A stretch of DNA of 64,000 nucleotides from Candidatus Uhrbacteria bacterium. Its GTDB lineage: Bacteria > Patescibacteriota > Patescibacteriia > 2-12-FULL-60-25. Of the stretch, positions 24,460 through 33,093 are shown one piece after another (position 1 is the stretch's first letter; each line of letters starts with the position of its first letter). A model generated the notes under the pieces. It saw only the letters and a program-made list of their open reading frames with translations, was not told the DNA's origin and did no database searches. Where the stretch lies: positions 696,248 through 760,247 of the forward strand of contig CAWIHE010000004.1 of the NCBI GenBank assembly GCA_963835915.1, read 5' to 3'. The translations under genes were made by a program, and so were the position numbers.

Positions 24460-25779
24460 ATGTCAAAAAATATTCTCGTTTACGACGACGCGAACATGCG
24501 ACGAGAGCATGTCGGCAGATATGGCATCTCGCCGAAGGAGTGGTCACGCGTCCTTCCCGAACTCCGAGCCGCAAAGAGCGCGGTCCTAAAGCTTGCGAAG
24601 AAAGGCGAGCAGGGATTCCTCAATCTTCCGAAGGATGCGGAGATGCGGAAGGCGTGCGAGAAGGCCGCGAGAGAGACGAGGCGAAAATTCACAGACCTCA
24701 TCGTCCTTGGTATCGGGGGATCCGACCTCGGCGCGCGCGCGATCAATCAGGCGCTCGGCGGCACGGAGACCAAGAACGACGTTCGTCTCCACTTCGCGGG
24801 ATCGAGTACGGACCCGAATCAGATCCTAGATGTTCTGAAGACGGTCAATTTGAAAAAGACGGCCGTCAACGTCGTCAGTAAATCCGGCGGCACGATGGAG
24901 ATGATGTCGGCATTCCTCATCCTGCGGGATCGATTGAAGAGGGCCGTCGGAAAAAAGTTCGCCGATCACCTCATTGTGACGACGGATCCGAAGAAGGGCG
25001 TCCTTCGCGAGATCGCGAAGACCGAGGGCTATCGGACGCTTCCAATCCCGCCGAACGTCGGCGGACGGTTCTCCGTCCTTACGGCCTGTGGTCTCTATCC
25101 CGCCGCGGCGATGGGTGCGGACATCGGGAAGATGCTTGACGGGGGCAGAATGATCGCGCGGGAGTTTGCGGCGGAGACGCCGAATCAGAACGCGGCATGC
25201 CGATATGCAGGGCTCCACGTGACGGGGATGAAGAAGCGCGGCCAGAATATCCACGTCGTCATGCCGTACAACGCGCGGATGGGGGAATTCGCGAGATGGG
25301 TCAGGCAGCTCGTCGCGGAAAGTCTTGGAAAGAAAAAGGATCAGAGGGGGAAATCGATCTTTGCGGGCCCGACGCCGGTCGCCGCAATCGGGCCAGAGGA
25401 TCAGCACTCCCAGCTCCAGCTCTATTCCGAGGGGCCATTCGATAAGCTGATTACGATGATCGGCGTCAAACAAAGTGACGGCGATGTCGTCGTCCCCCGC
25501 ACAAACGATCTCCCGCATGCCGCCAGCAGATTCGGCGGACATCGGCTGTCGGATCTCGTCAGGATCGAGCGCGAAGCGACGGCCGAATCCCTGCGCCAAA
25601 ACGGCCGTCCGACGGGGACGATCCTTCTCAATCGCCTCGACGAGACGTCGCTCGGCGCACTCTTCATGTTCTACGAGATCGCCGTCGCGATGATGGCGGA
25701 GCTCCTTGGCGTGAACGCGTTCGATCAGCCGGGCGTCGAGCTTTCGAAGAAGATCATGAAGGAGAGGATGGGGCAGTAA
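24460..25779 (+). CDS. pgi: Glucose-6-phosphate isomerase
   Basis: LGIGGSDLGARA, SKSGGTMEM, GGRFSVLTACGL, QLVAESLGK. ATG 24460 (MSKNILVYDD) is preferred over the GTG at 24442. Confidence 0.85.
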   Translation: MSKNILVYDDANMRREHVGRYGISPKEWSRVLPELRAAKSAVLKLAKKGEQGFLNLPKDAEMRKACEKAARETRRKFTDLIVLGIGGSDLGARAINQALGGTETKNDVRLHFAGSSTDPNQILDVLKTVNLKKTAVNVVSKSGGTMEMMSAFLILRDRLKRAVGKKFADHLIVTTDPKKGVLREIAKTEGYRTLPIPPNVGGRFSVLTACGLYPAAAMGADIGKMLDGGRMIAREFAAETPNQNAACRYAGLHVTGMKKRGQNIHVVMPYNARMGEFARWVRQLVAESLGKKKDQRGKSIFAGPTPVAAIGPEDQHSQLQLYSEGPFDKLITMIGVKQSDGDVVVPRTNDLPHAASRFGGHRLSDLVRIEREATAESLRQNGRPTGTILLNRLDETSLGALFMFYEIAVAMMAELLGVNAFDQPGVELSKKIMKERMGQ

Positions 25780-25838
25780 ATAGTAAATAGTAGATAGTTG
25801 ATTGTTTCTGATCCTACTATCGACTATCAACTATCTAC
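25777..25838. repeat. Family E hairpin downstream of pgi
   Basis: gtagatagttga (25790-25801) is perfectly complementary to tcaactatctac (25827-25838), within TAAATAG-type repeats. Confidence 0.7.
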
Positions 25839-25855
25839 TTCATCCATTTCACCCA

Positions 25856-25884
25856 TTGACTTCTTGCCTAAAGAGCGCTAATAT
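25856..25884 (+). promoter_or_regulatory. Sigma70-type promoter for the efflux operon
   Basis: TTGACT, 17 nt spacer, TAATAT, about 50 nt upstream of ATG 25934. Confidence 0.65.
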
Positions 25885-25933
25885 TTCTTAAACTGGACGC
25901 ACCGGCATTTATAGTGAACACGACAATTTACGT

Positions 25934-27769
25934 ATGAAAGTGCCGGGATTTCTAAAGAAGAAACGCACGTACGTCATCCTTATCATCCTCGCCCTCATCG
26001 GGTGGGGGATTTATGCGCGAACGAAGAGCGCCGGTACGCCGAAGTATGAAACATTTACGGTCACGCGGACAACGCTCCTGGATACGGTCGACACGACGGG
26101 CGAGATCAAGCCCGTGGCGCGCATCAACCTCTCGTTCGGCGCGCCGGGACAAGTCGGGGCGATCAACGTGAAGGTCGGTCAGAAGGTCAAAAAAGGCGAC
26201 GTCCTCGCGGAGCTGAACGCGAAAGACGTCCAGTTTGCGTACGATTCCGCCTCGGCATCCCTCTCCGCGGCGCAGGCCCAGCTGAACCTCGCGCTCGCGG
26301 GCGCGAAGGGCCAGAACATCCAGATCTCGCAGGCCGGCGTCACGCAGGCCGGCGCGAATCTTGATAAGGCGAAGACCGAACTCAATAATGCAAAAGTGAC
26401 CACGCAGGTCGATGTCGACACCGCAACGCTCGCGCTTAAAACAGCGACCGACACGCTGAATAGCCAATCCGTCCAGCTGGATCAGGATATTATGGACGCG
26501 TACGACAACGCGCGCGCCGGCTATCTGAACGCGCTCGCCCCGATGCAGACCGCGTTGAGCGACGGTGACGCCATTGTGGGCGTTGACGACCAGGTGACGG
26601 ACGCATCATATAAGTTCCAGCTCGGCGTGACGGTCGCAGGCTCAATGGAGGAGGCGAAGCAGTCTTACGTTGCGGCAAAAGCGGCGCGCGTGAACGCTGA
26701 GTCCACGGTGAAGACGCTCAGCGCGAGTTCAACGCATGCGGAGATCGACGCCGTCGGCGACGCGGTTATCCAAGCCGACACGTCTATCCAGCAGTACTTG
26801 AACGACGTAACGAACGTCCTCGCCGGGTCGATCTCGGGTTCAAGCCTTTCTGCGACGTCTCTTGCCGCGCTGAAGACGACGATCCAGACGGATCGGGCGG
26901 CGATCGCGACGCTCCTCACAACGGATCTTGGGCTTCGCCAGGGAACGACGGGGGCGGTCCTTGCCCATGACCAGACGATGTCGAAACTCACGGATGCGGT
27001 TGAAACGGCGAAGCTGAGCCTGAAGACGGCCCAGTCCGAAGCCGATACGACCGTCTCGTCGGCGGATGTCGGGGTCAAAGTTCAGGACGCGGCGCTCACC
27101 TCGGCCCAAGCGCAGCTTGATCTCACGAAAGCCCCGCCGCGCACGGTCGACCTTGATCCGCTCTACGCCTCGGTCGCGAGCGCGCGCGCCACGTTCGACA
27201 AGGCGGCGGCGGATCTCCGCGACGCGCAGATCATCGCGCCCGTGGACGGCGTTGTCTCCGTGGTAAACCCCCAGCTCGACGAGCGCGTCGCCGCGAACCA
27301 GGTCGTGCTGACCATGCTCTCGGGCGATACGTACGACATTGAGGTGCTCATCCCCGAAGCGGACGTCGCGAACATCAAGACGGGCCAGAGCGCCACGACG
27401 ACGCTCGACGCCTACGGCGACAACGTGGGGTTCCCGGGCACGGTCGAATCGATCGAACCGGACCAGACGCTCGTCCAGGACGCCGTGTACTACAAGTCGC
27501 GCGTGAGCATCGTCGTTGACGACCACGAGATCAAGCCGGGCATGACGGCGAACACGACGATCCTCGTCGCGCAATCCGCGCCGGATGCGCTCGTGATCCC
27601 TACGCGGGCCGTATCAACGGATGCGGACGGGAAGACAACCGTGAAAGTCCTCGCTGCCAACAACCAAACGCATGATGCGACCGTCGAATTGGGGATGAAG
27701 GGCGACGAAGGGCGCATCGTGGTCCTCAAGGGCCTCTCCGAAGGCGACGTCATCGTCGTGTCCCAGTAG
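25934..27769 (+). CDS. HlyD/MacA-family membrane-fusion (periplasmic adaptor) protein with a very long coiled-coil hairpin
   Basis: N-terminal TM helix, lipoyl-like half motifs VKKGDVLAELN and IIAPVDGVVS, ~300-aa Ala/Gln/Thr-rich helical insert, C-terminal beta-barrel region. Confidence 0.85.
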   Translation: MKVPGFLKKKRTYVILIILALIGWGIYARTKSAGTPKYETFTVTRTTLLDTVDTTGEIKPVARINLSFGAPGQVGAINVKVGQKVKKGDVLAELNAKDVQFAYDSASASLSAAQAQLNLALAGAKGQNIQISQAGVTQAGANLDKAKTELNNAKVTTQVDVDTATLALKTATDTLNSQSVQLDQDIMDAYDNARAGYLNALAPMQTALSDGDAIVGVDDQVTDASYKFQLGVTVAGSMEEAKQSYVAAKAARVNAESTVKTLSASSTHAEIDAVGDAVIQADTSIQQYLNDVTNVLAGSISGSSLSATSLAALKTTIQTDRAAIATLLTTDLGLRQGTTGAVLAHDQTMSKLTDAVETAKLSLKTAQSEADTTVSSADVGVKVQDAALTSAQAQLDLTKAPPRTVDLDPLYASVASARATFDKAAADLRDAQIIAPVDGVVSVVNPQLDERVAANQVVLTMLSGDTYDIEVLIPEADVANIKTGQSATTTLDAYGDNVGFPGTVESIEPDQTLVQDAVYYKSRVSIVVDDHEIKPGMTANTTILVAQSAPDALVIPTRAVSTDADGKTTVKVLAANNQTHDATVELGMKGDEGRIVVLKGLSEGDVIVVSQ

Positions 27770-27829
27770 GGGCGAGATTCATCGCGCCCAACCAGGCAGC
27801 GCATCGCCTCACATCAGATAAGACGGATC

Positions 27830-27854
27830 GAGAGGCGGGGTTCCCCCGCCTCTC
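27830..27854 (+). promoter_or_regulatory. Intercistronic GC-rich stem-loop (11 bp stem), 8 nt before the ATPase start
   Basis: gagaggcgggg-ttc-ccccgcctctc; no U-tract. Confidence 0.6.
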
Positions 27855-27862
27855 CGAATACC

Positions 27863-28588
27863 ATGGCCAACACCATCGAACTCAAAGACGTGACGAAAGA
27901 CTACGATAACGACGGCGTCGTCACGCCCGTCCTTCACGGCATCTCGCTCGCAATCCCGAAAGGGCAATTCGTCTCAATCATGGGTCCGTCGGGATCGGGG
28001 AAGTCCACGCTGATGAACATCCTCGGCTTTTTAGACGTGATCACGACGGGCACGTACCACTTCGGCGGCCGCGACGTCTCAAAGTTGAGCGACGACGAGC
28101 TCGCCGACATGCGCGGCGAGAACATCGGGTTCGTCTTCCAGACGTTTAACCTGCTCGCACGGACAACGGTGTACGAGAACGTCATGCTCCCGCTTATCTA
28201 TTCAAAGATCCCATCATCGAAGCGGCATGAACTCGTCGCGGCCTCGATCGAGGATGTCGGCTTGACGCACCGGATCAATAATTTTTCCAACCAACTGTCC
28301 GGCGGCGAGCGCCAGCGCGTTGCGATCGCGCGCGCGCTCATCCGGAATCCGGACGTCATCCTCGCGGACGAGCCGACGGGGAACTTGGACTCGAAATCCG
28401 GCGAAGCGGTCATGGACCTCCTGCTCGATTTGAACGTGAAACAGGGTCATACGATTATCCTCGTGACGCACGAAACGTATACCGCGGAATACGCCGAACG
28501 GATCGTCCGCATCAAAGACGGGACGATCTTGAGTGACGAAAAGAACCCGCACCGGCGGACGCAGGACGACCATCAGCCGCTCAAATAG
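27863..28588 (+). CDS. ABC transporter ATP-binding protein (MacB/LolD/YknY type)
   Basis: Walker A GPSGSGKST, signature LSGGERQRVAIARAL, Walker B ILADEPTGNLD. Confidence 0.95.
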   Translation: MANTIELKDVTKDYDNDGVVTPVLHGISLAIPKGQFVSIMGPSGSGKSTLMNILGFLDVITTGTYHFGGRDVSKLSDDELADMRGENIGFVFQTFNLLARTTVYENVMLPLIYSKIPSSKRHELVAASIEDVGLTHRINNFSNQLSGGERQRVAIARALIRNPDVILADEPTGNLDSKSGEAVMDLLLDLNVKQGHTIILVTHETYTAEYAERIVRIKDGTILSDEKNPHRRTQDDHQPLK

Positions 28589-28593
28589 TCTTA

Positions 28594-28708
28594 TTGGCCT
28601 ACGAATTTACGAATAGTACGAATCGGCGAATGTACGAATAAGATACCGACGTCGTTTCATCACCATTCGCAATTCGCCGATTCGTACTATTCGTAAATTC
28701 GTAGGCCA
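28594..28708. repeat. Family B hairpin element, copy 2; its right arm abuts the permease start codon
   Basis: ttggcctacgaatttacgaatagtacgaatcggcgaatgtacgaataag ... attcgccgattcgtactattcgtaaattcgtaggccaATG. Confidence 0.9.
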
Positions 28709-29926
28709 ATGAAAACGTCCGACCTCATCGAGATCTCCATCCAGAGCCTCAAGCGGGGCGGGGTTCGGAGCATCCTGTCGATCCTCGGCATCGTCATCGG
28801 CATTGCGTCGGTCATCCTGATCCTCTCAATCACCGAAGCGGGAAAGGCCTTCATCATTGCGCAGGTCGAGTCGACCGGATCGGACCTGATTTTCATTGAA
28901 AGCGGGCCGCCGACGCAGATCACGTCGACGCCGGACGCGTTTACGAAGCAGGTCCTCACGGAACAGGACTTTAAATCGCTCCAAAAACAGCCCTGGGTCA
29001 TCTCCGTTGCGCCGATCCTCGTGTCCACGGATTCGCTCGCCGCAAACGGGCAGGTCGAGAACGGGACCGTCGTGGGGGCGAACAGCGTCATCCAGAGCGT
29101 CTTCAACATCAACGTCGCGAACGGCATCTTCATTTCGGAGGACGACATCGCGTCGCACCGCCGCGTCGTCGTCCTCGGGGGCTCGATTGCGAAAAAGATG
29201 TTCGGCTTCGAGGACCCGATCGACCGGACGGTCGATTTCGGAAAACAAAAATTCCGCGTTGTCGGCGTCATGGAGGTCGCGGGAACGCGGTTTCTCCAGA
29301 ACGTCGATGATTACGTCTACATCCCGTACACGACGTCGATGGACGTGTATGCCCAGACGCGCTTCATGGAGTTCATCGTAAAGCCGTCGATCGCGCCGAG
29401 CGACGCCATTGACCGGATCAAGGCCGTGATGCACGACAACCATAAGATTGACAACCCGAAGGATGACGATTTCCGCGTCCTCACGCAGGAAGACGCGGCG
29501 AAAATCGTGGATCAGGTGACGGGGTCGCTCACGATCTTCCTCGGGGCCGTCGCAGGCATCTCGCTCGTCGTCGGCGGCATCGGGATCATGAACATCATGT
29601 TCGTGACCGTCACGGAGCGGACGCGCGAGATTGGTATCCGCAAATCGCTCGGCGCGCGGACCGGTTCGATCATGCGCCAGTTCCTCCTCGAAGCCGTCCT
29701 CCTCACGTCGATCGGAGGCATCGTCGGAACCTCGCTCGGCATCGCGCTCACGTGGCTCGCCATCCGGATCATCCTCCTCTACATGTCCGGCTGGACCTTC
29801 ACGCTCTCAACGCTCGGCATCGCCCTCGGCGTCGGCTTCTCAACGGCCGTCGGCATCGTCTTCGGATACGCCCCGGCGAAGAAAGCGGCCTCGGTGAATC
29901 CGATTGAGGCGTTGAGGTATGAATAG
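28709..29926 (+). CDS. ABC transporter permease, MacB/FtsX family (permease 1)
   Basis: N-terminal TM helix, large extracytoplasmic domain, C-terminal FtsX region GISLVVGGIGIMNIMFVTVTERTREIGIRKSLGA...NPIEALRYE. Confidence 0.9.
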   Translation: MKTSDLIEISIQSLKRGGVRSILSILGIVIGIASVILILSITEAGKAFIIAQVESTGSDLIFIESGPPTQITSTPDAFTKQVLTEQDFKSLQKQPWVISVAPILVSTDSLAANGQVENGTVVGANSVIQSVFNINVANGIFISEDDIASHRRVVVLGGSIAKKMFGFEDPIDRTVDFGKQKFRVVGVMEVAGTRFLQNVDDYVYIPYTTSMDVYAQTRFMEFIVKPSIAPSDAIDRIKAVMHDNHKIDNPKDDDFRVLTQEDAAKIVDQVTGSLTIFLGAVAGISLVVGGIGIMNIMFVTVTERTREIGIRKSLGARTGSIMRQFLLEAVLLTSIGGIVGTSLGIALTWLAIRIILLYMSGWTFTLSTLGIALGVGFSTAVGIVFGYAPAKKAASVNPIEALRYE

Positions 29927-29927
29927 C

Positions 29928-30013
29928 GCTGAAGCGTTGAAGCTGGAAGCTGGAAGCTGGAAGCTATTTCTTGCGGAGTATTCAGCTTCCAGCTTCCAGC
30001 TTCCAGCTTCAGC
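29928..30013. repeat. Family A hairpin, copy 2
   Basis: gctgaagcgttgaagctggaagctggaagctggaagct ... cagcttccagcttccagcttccagcttcagc. Confidence 0.9.
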
Positions 30014-30052
30014 TCGATACGGTGCGACGACGACATCAGAATCAAGCCAGCC

Positions 30053-31288
30053 ATGAAGACGATCGACTACACGAAGATGTCGCTCACGAGCTTCCGGCGC
30101 ACGAAGAGCCGGACGATTTTGACGATGCTTGGGATGATCATCGGCGTGGCGTCTGTTATCATGATGCTCTCGATCGGCCAGGCGACCGAACGGTACATCC
30201 TCTCGCAGGTCGCCTCGTTCGGTTCGGACCTCATCACGGTGTCGAACGGGAGAGGGGACGATGCGACGGCAGGAGGCCCGAATCCGATCGTGAAGCAGAC
30301 GCTCACGTACGACGACTGGAAAGCGCTCCGTTCGAAAGACTGGATCCGGCTCGTCGCCGGCATGTACGTGTCGAACCCGATCGTGTCCGCAAACGGGATC
30401 AGCAATTTCACGCAGACCGTCGGGACGAGCGGGGACCTCGACATCATTTATGACTCGAGAGTCGCGAGCGGACGGTTCCTCGACGACAGTGACGTCACGG
30501 CATATAGCAGGGTCGTCGTCCTCGGCAACCAGGTCGCAAAAGACTACTTCGGGCAGGAGGATCCGATCGGGAGGACGATCGAGATCTCGAAAAAGAGCTA
30601 CCACGTCGTCGGCGTCATGCAGCCCGGGGGGACGAAATTCTTTTCAAACGTCGACAAGCAGATCTACGTCCCATTTACCACGCTCATGCGGGACGACGGG
30701 AAAACGCACCTGACGATCCTCCTCATGAAGACGAACATCGCGGACATGAATACGAGCATCTCCCAGGTACGGATCCTCCTCAGGGACGCGCACAATATCG
30801 ACAACCCGACCGGCATCCTGTCAAAAGACGATTTCAAGGTCATGACGCAGGCCGACGCCATGCAGCGCGCCGGCATCATCGGGACGATCCTCCAAGTTCT
30901 CCTCGGCGCGATCGCGGGCATCTCGCTCGTCGTCGGCGGCATCGGGATCATGAACATCATGTATATCTCCGTGAAGGAGCGGACGCGCGAGATCGGCCTT
31001 CGGAAGGCGATCGGCGCATCGGCGCGCGACCTCCTCATGCAGTTCCTCGTCGAAGCGACCATCTTGAGCGTCGCGGGCGGCGTCATCGGCATCATCATCG
31101 GAACGAGTTTCTCGTGGCTCGGCATCACGATCCTCGCGAATGTTCTCGGCGGGTGGTCCTACGCCACGCCGTGGTTCGCCATGGCGCTCGGCTTCCTCGT
31201 CTCAACGGTCATCGGCATCGTGTTCGGGTTCCTCCCCGCCCGCCAGGCCGCGAACCTCCAGGCCGTCGAGGCGCTCCGGTACGAGTAG
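30053..31288 (+). CDS. ABC transporter permease, MacB/FtsX family (permease 2)
   Basis: GISLVVGGIGIMNIMYISVKERTREIGLRKAIGA...AVEALRYE; a paralog of the upstream permease. Confidence 0.9.
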   Translation: MKTIDYTKMSLTSFRRTKSRTILTMLGMIIGVASVIMMLSIGQATERYILSQVASFGSDLITVSNGRGDDATAGGPNPIVKQTLTYDDWKALRSKDWIRLVAGMYVSNPIVSANGISNFTQTVGTSGDLDIIYDSRVASGRFLDDSDVTAYSRVVVLGNQVAKDYFGQEDPIGRTIEISKKSYHVVGVMQPGGTKFFSNVDKQIYVPFTTLMRDDGKTHLTILLMKTNIADMNTSISQVRILLRDAHNIDNPTGILSKDDFKVMTQADAMQRAGIIGTILQVLLGAIAGISLVVGGIGIMNIMYISVKERTREIGLRKAIGASARDLLMQFLVEATILSVAGGVIGIIIGTSFSWLGITILANVLGGWSYATPWFAMALGFLVSTVIGIVFGFLPARQAANLQAVEALRYE

Positions 31289-31298
31289 TTGATAGAGA

Positions 31299-31373
31299 GG
31301 GAAGCTGGAAGCTGGAATCTAGAAGCTGGACAGCCCCATCAGAGACAGCTTCCAGATTCCAGCTTCCAGCTTC
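31299..31373. repeat. Family A hairpin, copy 3
   Basis: gggaagctggaagctggaatctagaagctg ... cagcttccagattccagcttccagcttc. Confidence 0.9.
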
Positions 31374-31477
31374 TACATCAATAATCACAAAGGTCGCCAC
31401 GAGGGTTGTTGACTACTAGATGACTGGATGACTTCTGTGTTATCGTAGGGTCTTACCCACTTTTCAACCCACACCAT

Positions 31478-31864
31478 ATGAAAAACGAGAAGAAGCATCA
31501 CCATGGGAAAGCGGTTATGCTCGCCGGAGCAATTTTTGGGCTTGCCGCTGGAATTTTTATGAGTTCGCGCGAGGGGAAACGCATGGCGACCCGGCTCCAG
31601 AAGCGCGCGAAGGAGATCGAGGGGCGGCTTCGGAAGGAGTTTGAATCACGGAAAACGGCGACGCAGGGCGCCTACGCCGAATCGATCGACCGCGTCCTCG
31701 CGTACTATTTGAAATCGAAAGAGATCGCGAAATCGGAAATCCCGCAGCTCCGCACCTACCTCCTCGGGAAGTGGTCACACGTGAAGGACGAAATGGCATC
31801 AGTCTCGACGACAACATCATCTCCGAAGCGCCGACGGACGACCAAGAGGAAGCGGCGTTCCTAA
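31478..31864 (+). CDS. YtxH-like protein
   Basis: N-terminal hydrophobic helix AVMLAGAIFGLAAGIFM, then a charged helical region RKEFESRK.... Confidence 0.55.
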   Translation: MKNEKKHHHGKAVMLAGAIFGLAAGIFMSSREGKRMATRLQKRAKEIEGRLRKEFESRKTATQGAYAESIDRVLAYYLKSKEIAKSEIPQLRTYLLGKWSHVKDEMASVSTTTSSPKRRRTTKRKRRS

Positions 31865-31872
31865 GCAACCGT

Positions 31873-32523
31873 ATGCGAATGAGGACGGGTTTCCTCTTCG
31901 CGGCCGCCGTCATCATCGTCGGCGCAGGTTGTTTTTCAAAAAAATCCGAAACGCCATCGTACACGCCCGCTGAACCGTCGAGCGCCGTTACGGTTCCGCC
32001 GAACGCCCCGGGCGCGAACGCATCAACTGGTGGGTACGAGACGACCGTCACGCCGGAGCTTGCCACGCCGACCCTCGTCTCGTCGCTCCCGGACCCCTCA
32101 AAACTCCAGGGATTTACCGCCGACGAGCCGAAGGAGACGAAGAATCCGATCCCGCTTCCGGACGGGACGCGGGACGAATACACGTCGATCGACCGGACGT
32201 ACACGAAAGCGGGCGGCACGAACGACGAGGTTCGCGTCCACGTGATCGTCTCTGATACCCGGAGCATTCCCGTCCTCACGGCGTTCGTGAACAACTTCAC
32301 CGAATTTTCGAATGCGGACGGGTACCGGAAGCGGATCACGATCGAAGGGACGGACGCGTGGATCTTGTACACGAACGATCCTGCACGAAGCCGCGGGGGG
32401 TTCGGGGGGCTCACGATGCTCTACCGCGGGCGCTTCCTCATTCAGATCGACGGGACCCTCGGCACGACGGAAGACGACCTCGTTGCGTTTGCATCCGCAT
32501 TCGATTTTTCAAAATTCCGCTGA
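31873..32523 (+). CDS. Hypothetical lipoprotein
   Basis: ATG 31873 gives MRMRTGFLFAAAVIIVGAGC|FSKK (lipobox). The ORF-track start at 31771 overlaps the upstream gene. Confidence 0.65.
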   Translation: MRMRTGFLFAAAVIIVGAGCFSKKSETPSYTPAEPSSAVTVPPNAPGANASTGGYETTVTPELATPTLVSSLPDPSKLQGFTADEPKETKNPIPLPDGTRDEYTSIDRTYTKAGGTNDEVRVHVIVSDTRSIPVLTAFVNNFTEFSNADGYRKRITIEGTDAWILYTNDPARSRGGFGGLTMLYRGRFLIQIDGTLGTTEDDLVAFASAFDFSKFR

Positions 32524-32526
32524 TTC

Positions 32527-32967
32527 ATGAGCGATACCGGCATCCTTCGGACCGCGGAACGGGATCTCCTCCCGCCGGGATTCGAGAAGGACGTCGTGTT
32601 TGATTTCTCCGTGGACGGGTATGCCGCGTACGCGGAAGTCGACGGGTTCAACGCGGAAACGAAAGAGGCGATCGAGATCTGCTTAAGCGAGACGTCCGAA
32701 TCATCCCCGAAACCCGGACAGAAACGCAAACTCGCGTCTGACGTGCTCAAGCTCCTCTTCCTTCGCGATCTTGGATTCATCGGTCGCGGGAGGATCTTTG
32801 TCTCAAGTCCCGAACTCTCACGCTGGTTTCACGAAACAGGATCGTGGCTCTCCGCCGCATGCCGCCACTACGACATCGCCCTAGAACTGAAGAAAATCCC
32901 AAACAAGCGCGTCCGCAAGCAGGTCCACCACGCACTCTCGAAGGCGCGGCGTGAAATGCGCGGGTGA
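32527..32967 (+). CDS. Hypothetical protein
   Basis: 146-aa ORF starting 4 nt after the upstream stop; no family recognised. Confidence 0.55.
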   Translation: MSDTGILRTAERDLLPPGFEKDVVFDFSVDGYAAYAEVDGFNAETKEAIEICLSETSESSPKPGQKRKLASDVLKLLFLRDLGFIGRGRIFVSSPELSRWFHETGSWLSAACRHYDIALELKKIPNKRVRKQVHHALSKARREMRG

Positions 32968-33010
32968 TCGGTCGTGACGTTCGCCGTGATGATCGTCATC
33001 TCATCAAGTG

Positions 33011-33088
33011 GTGAAGCTGGAATCTAGAAGCTGGAAGCTGTTTTTGTTGGAATTCACACAGCTTCCAGCTTCTAGATTCCAGCTTCCC
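33011..33088. repeat. Family A hairpin, copy 4 (between convergent genes)
   Basis: gtgaagctggaatctagaagctggaagctg ... cagcttccagcttctagattccagcttcc. Confidence 0.9.
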
Positions 33089-33093
33089 TTTTG

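Noticed and set aside
32527-32967. Possible PD-(D/E)xK nuclease assignment for the 146-aa hypothetical
   Set aside because: I saw only a vague D...E-x-(I/K) pattern and could align no convincing motif set. It is left as hypothetical.
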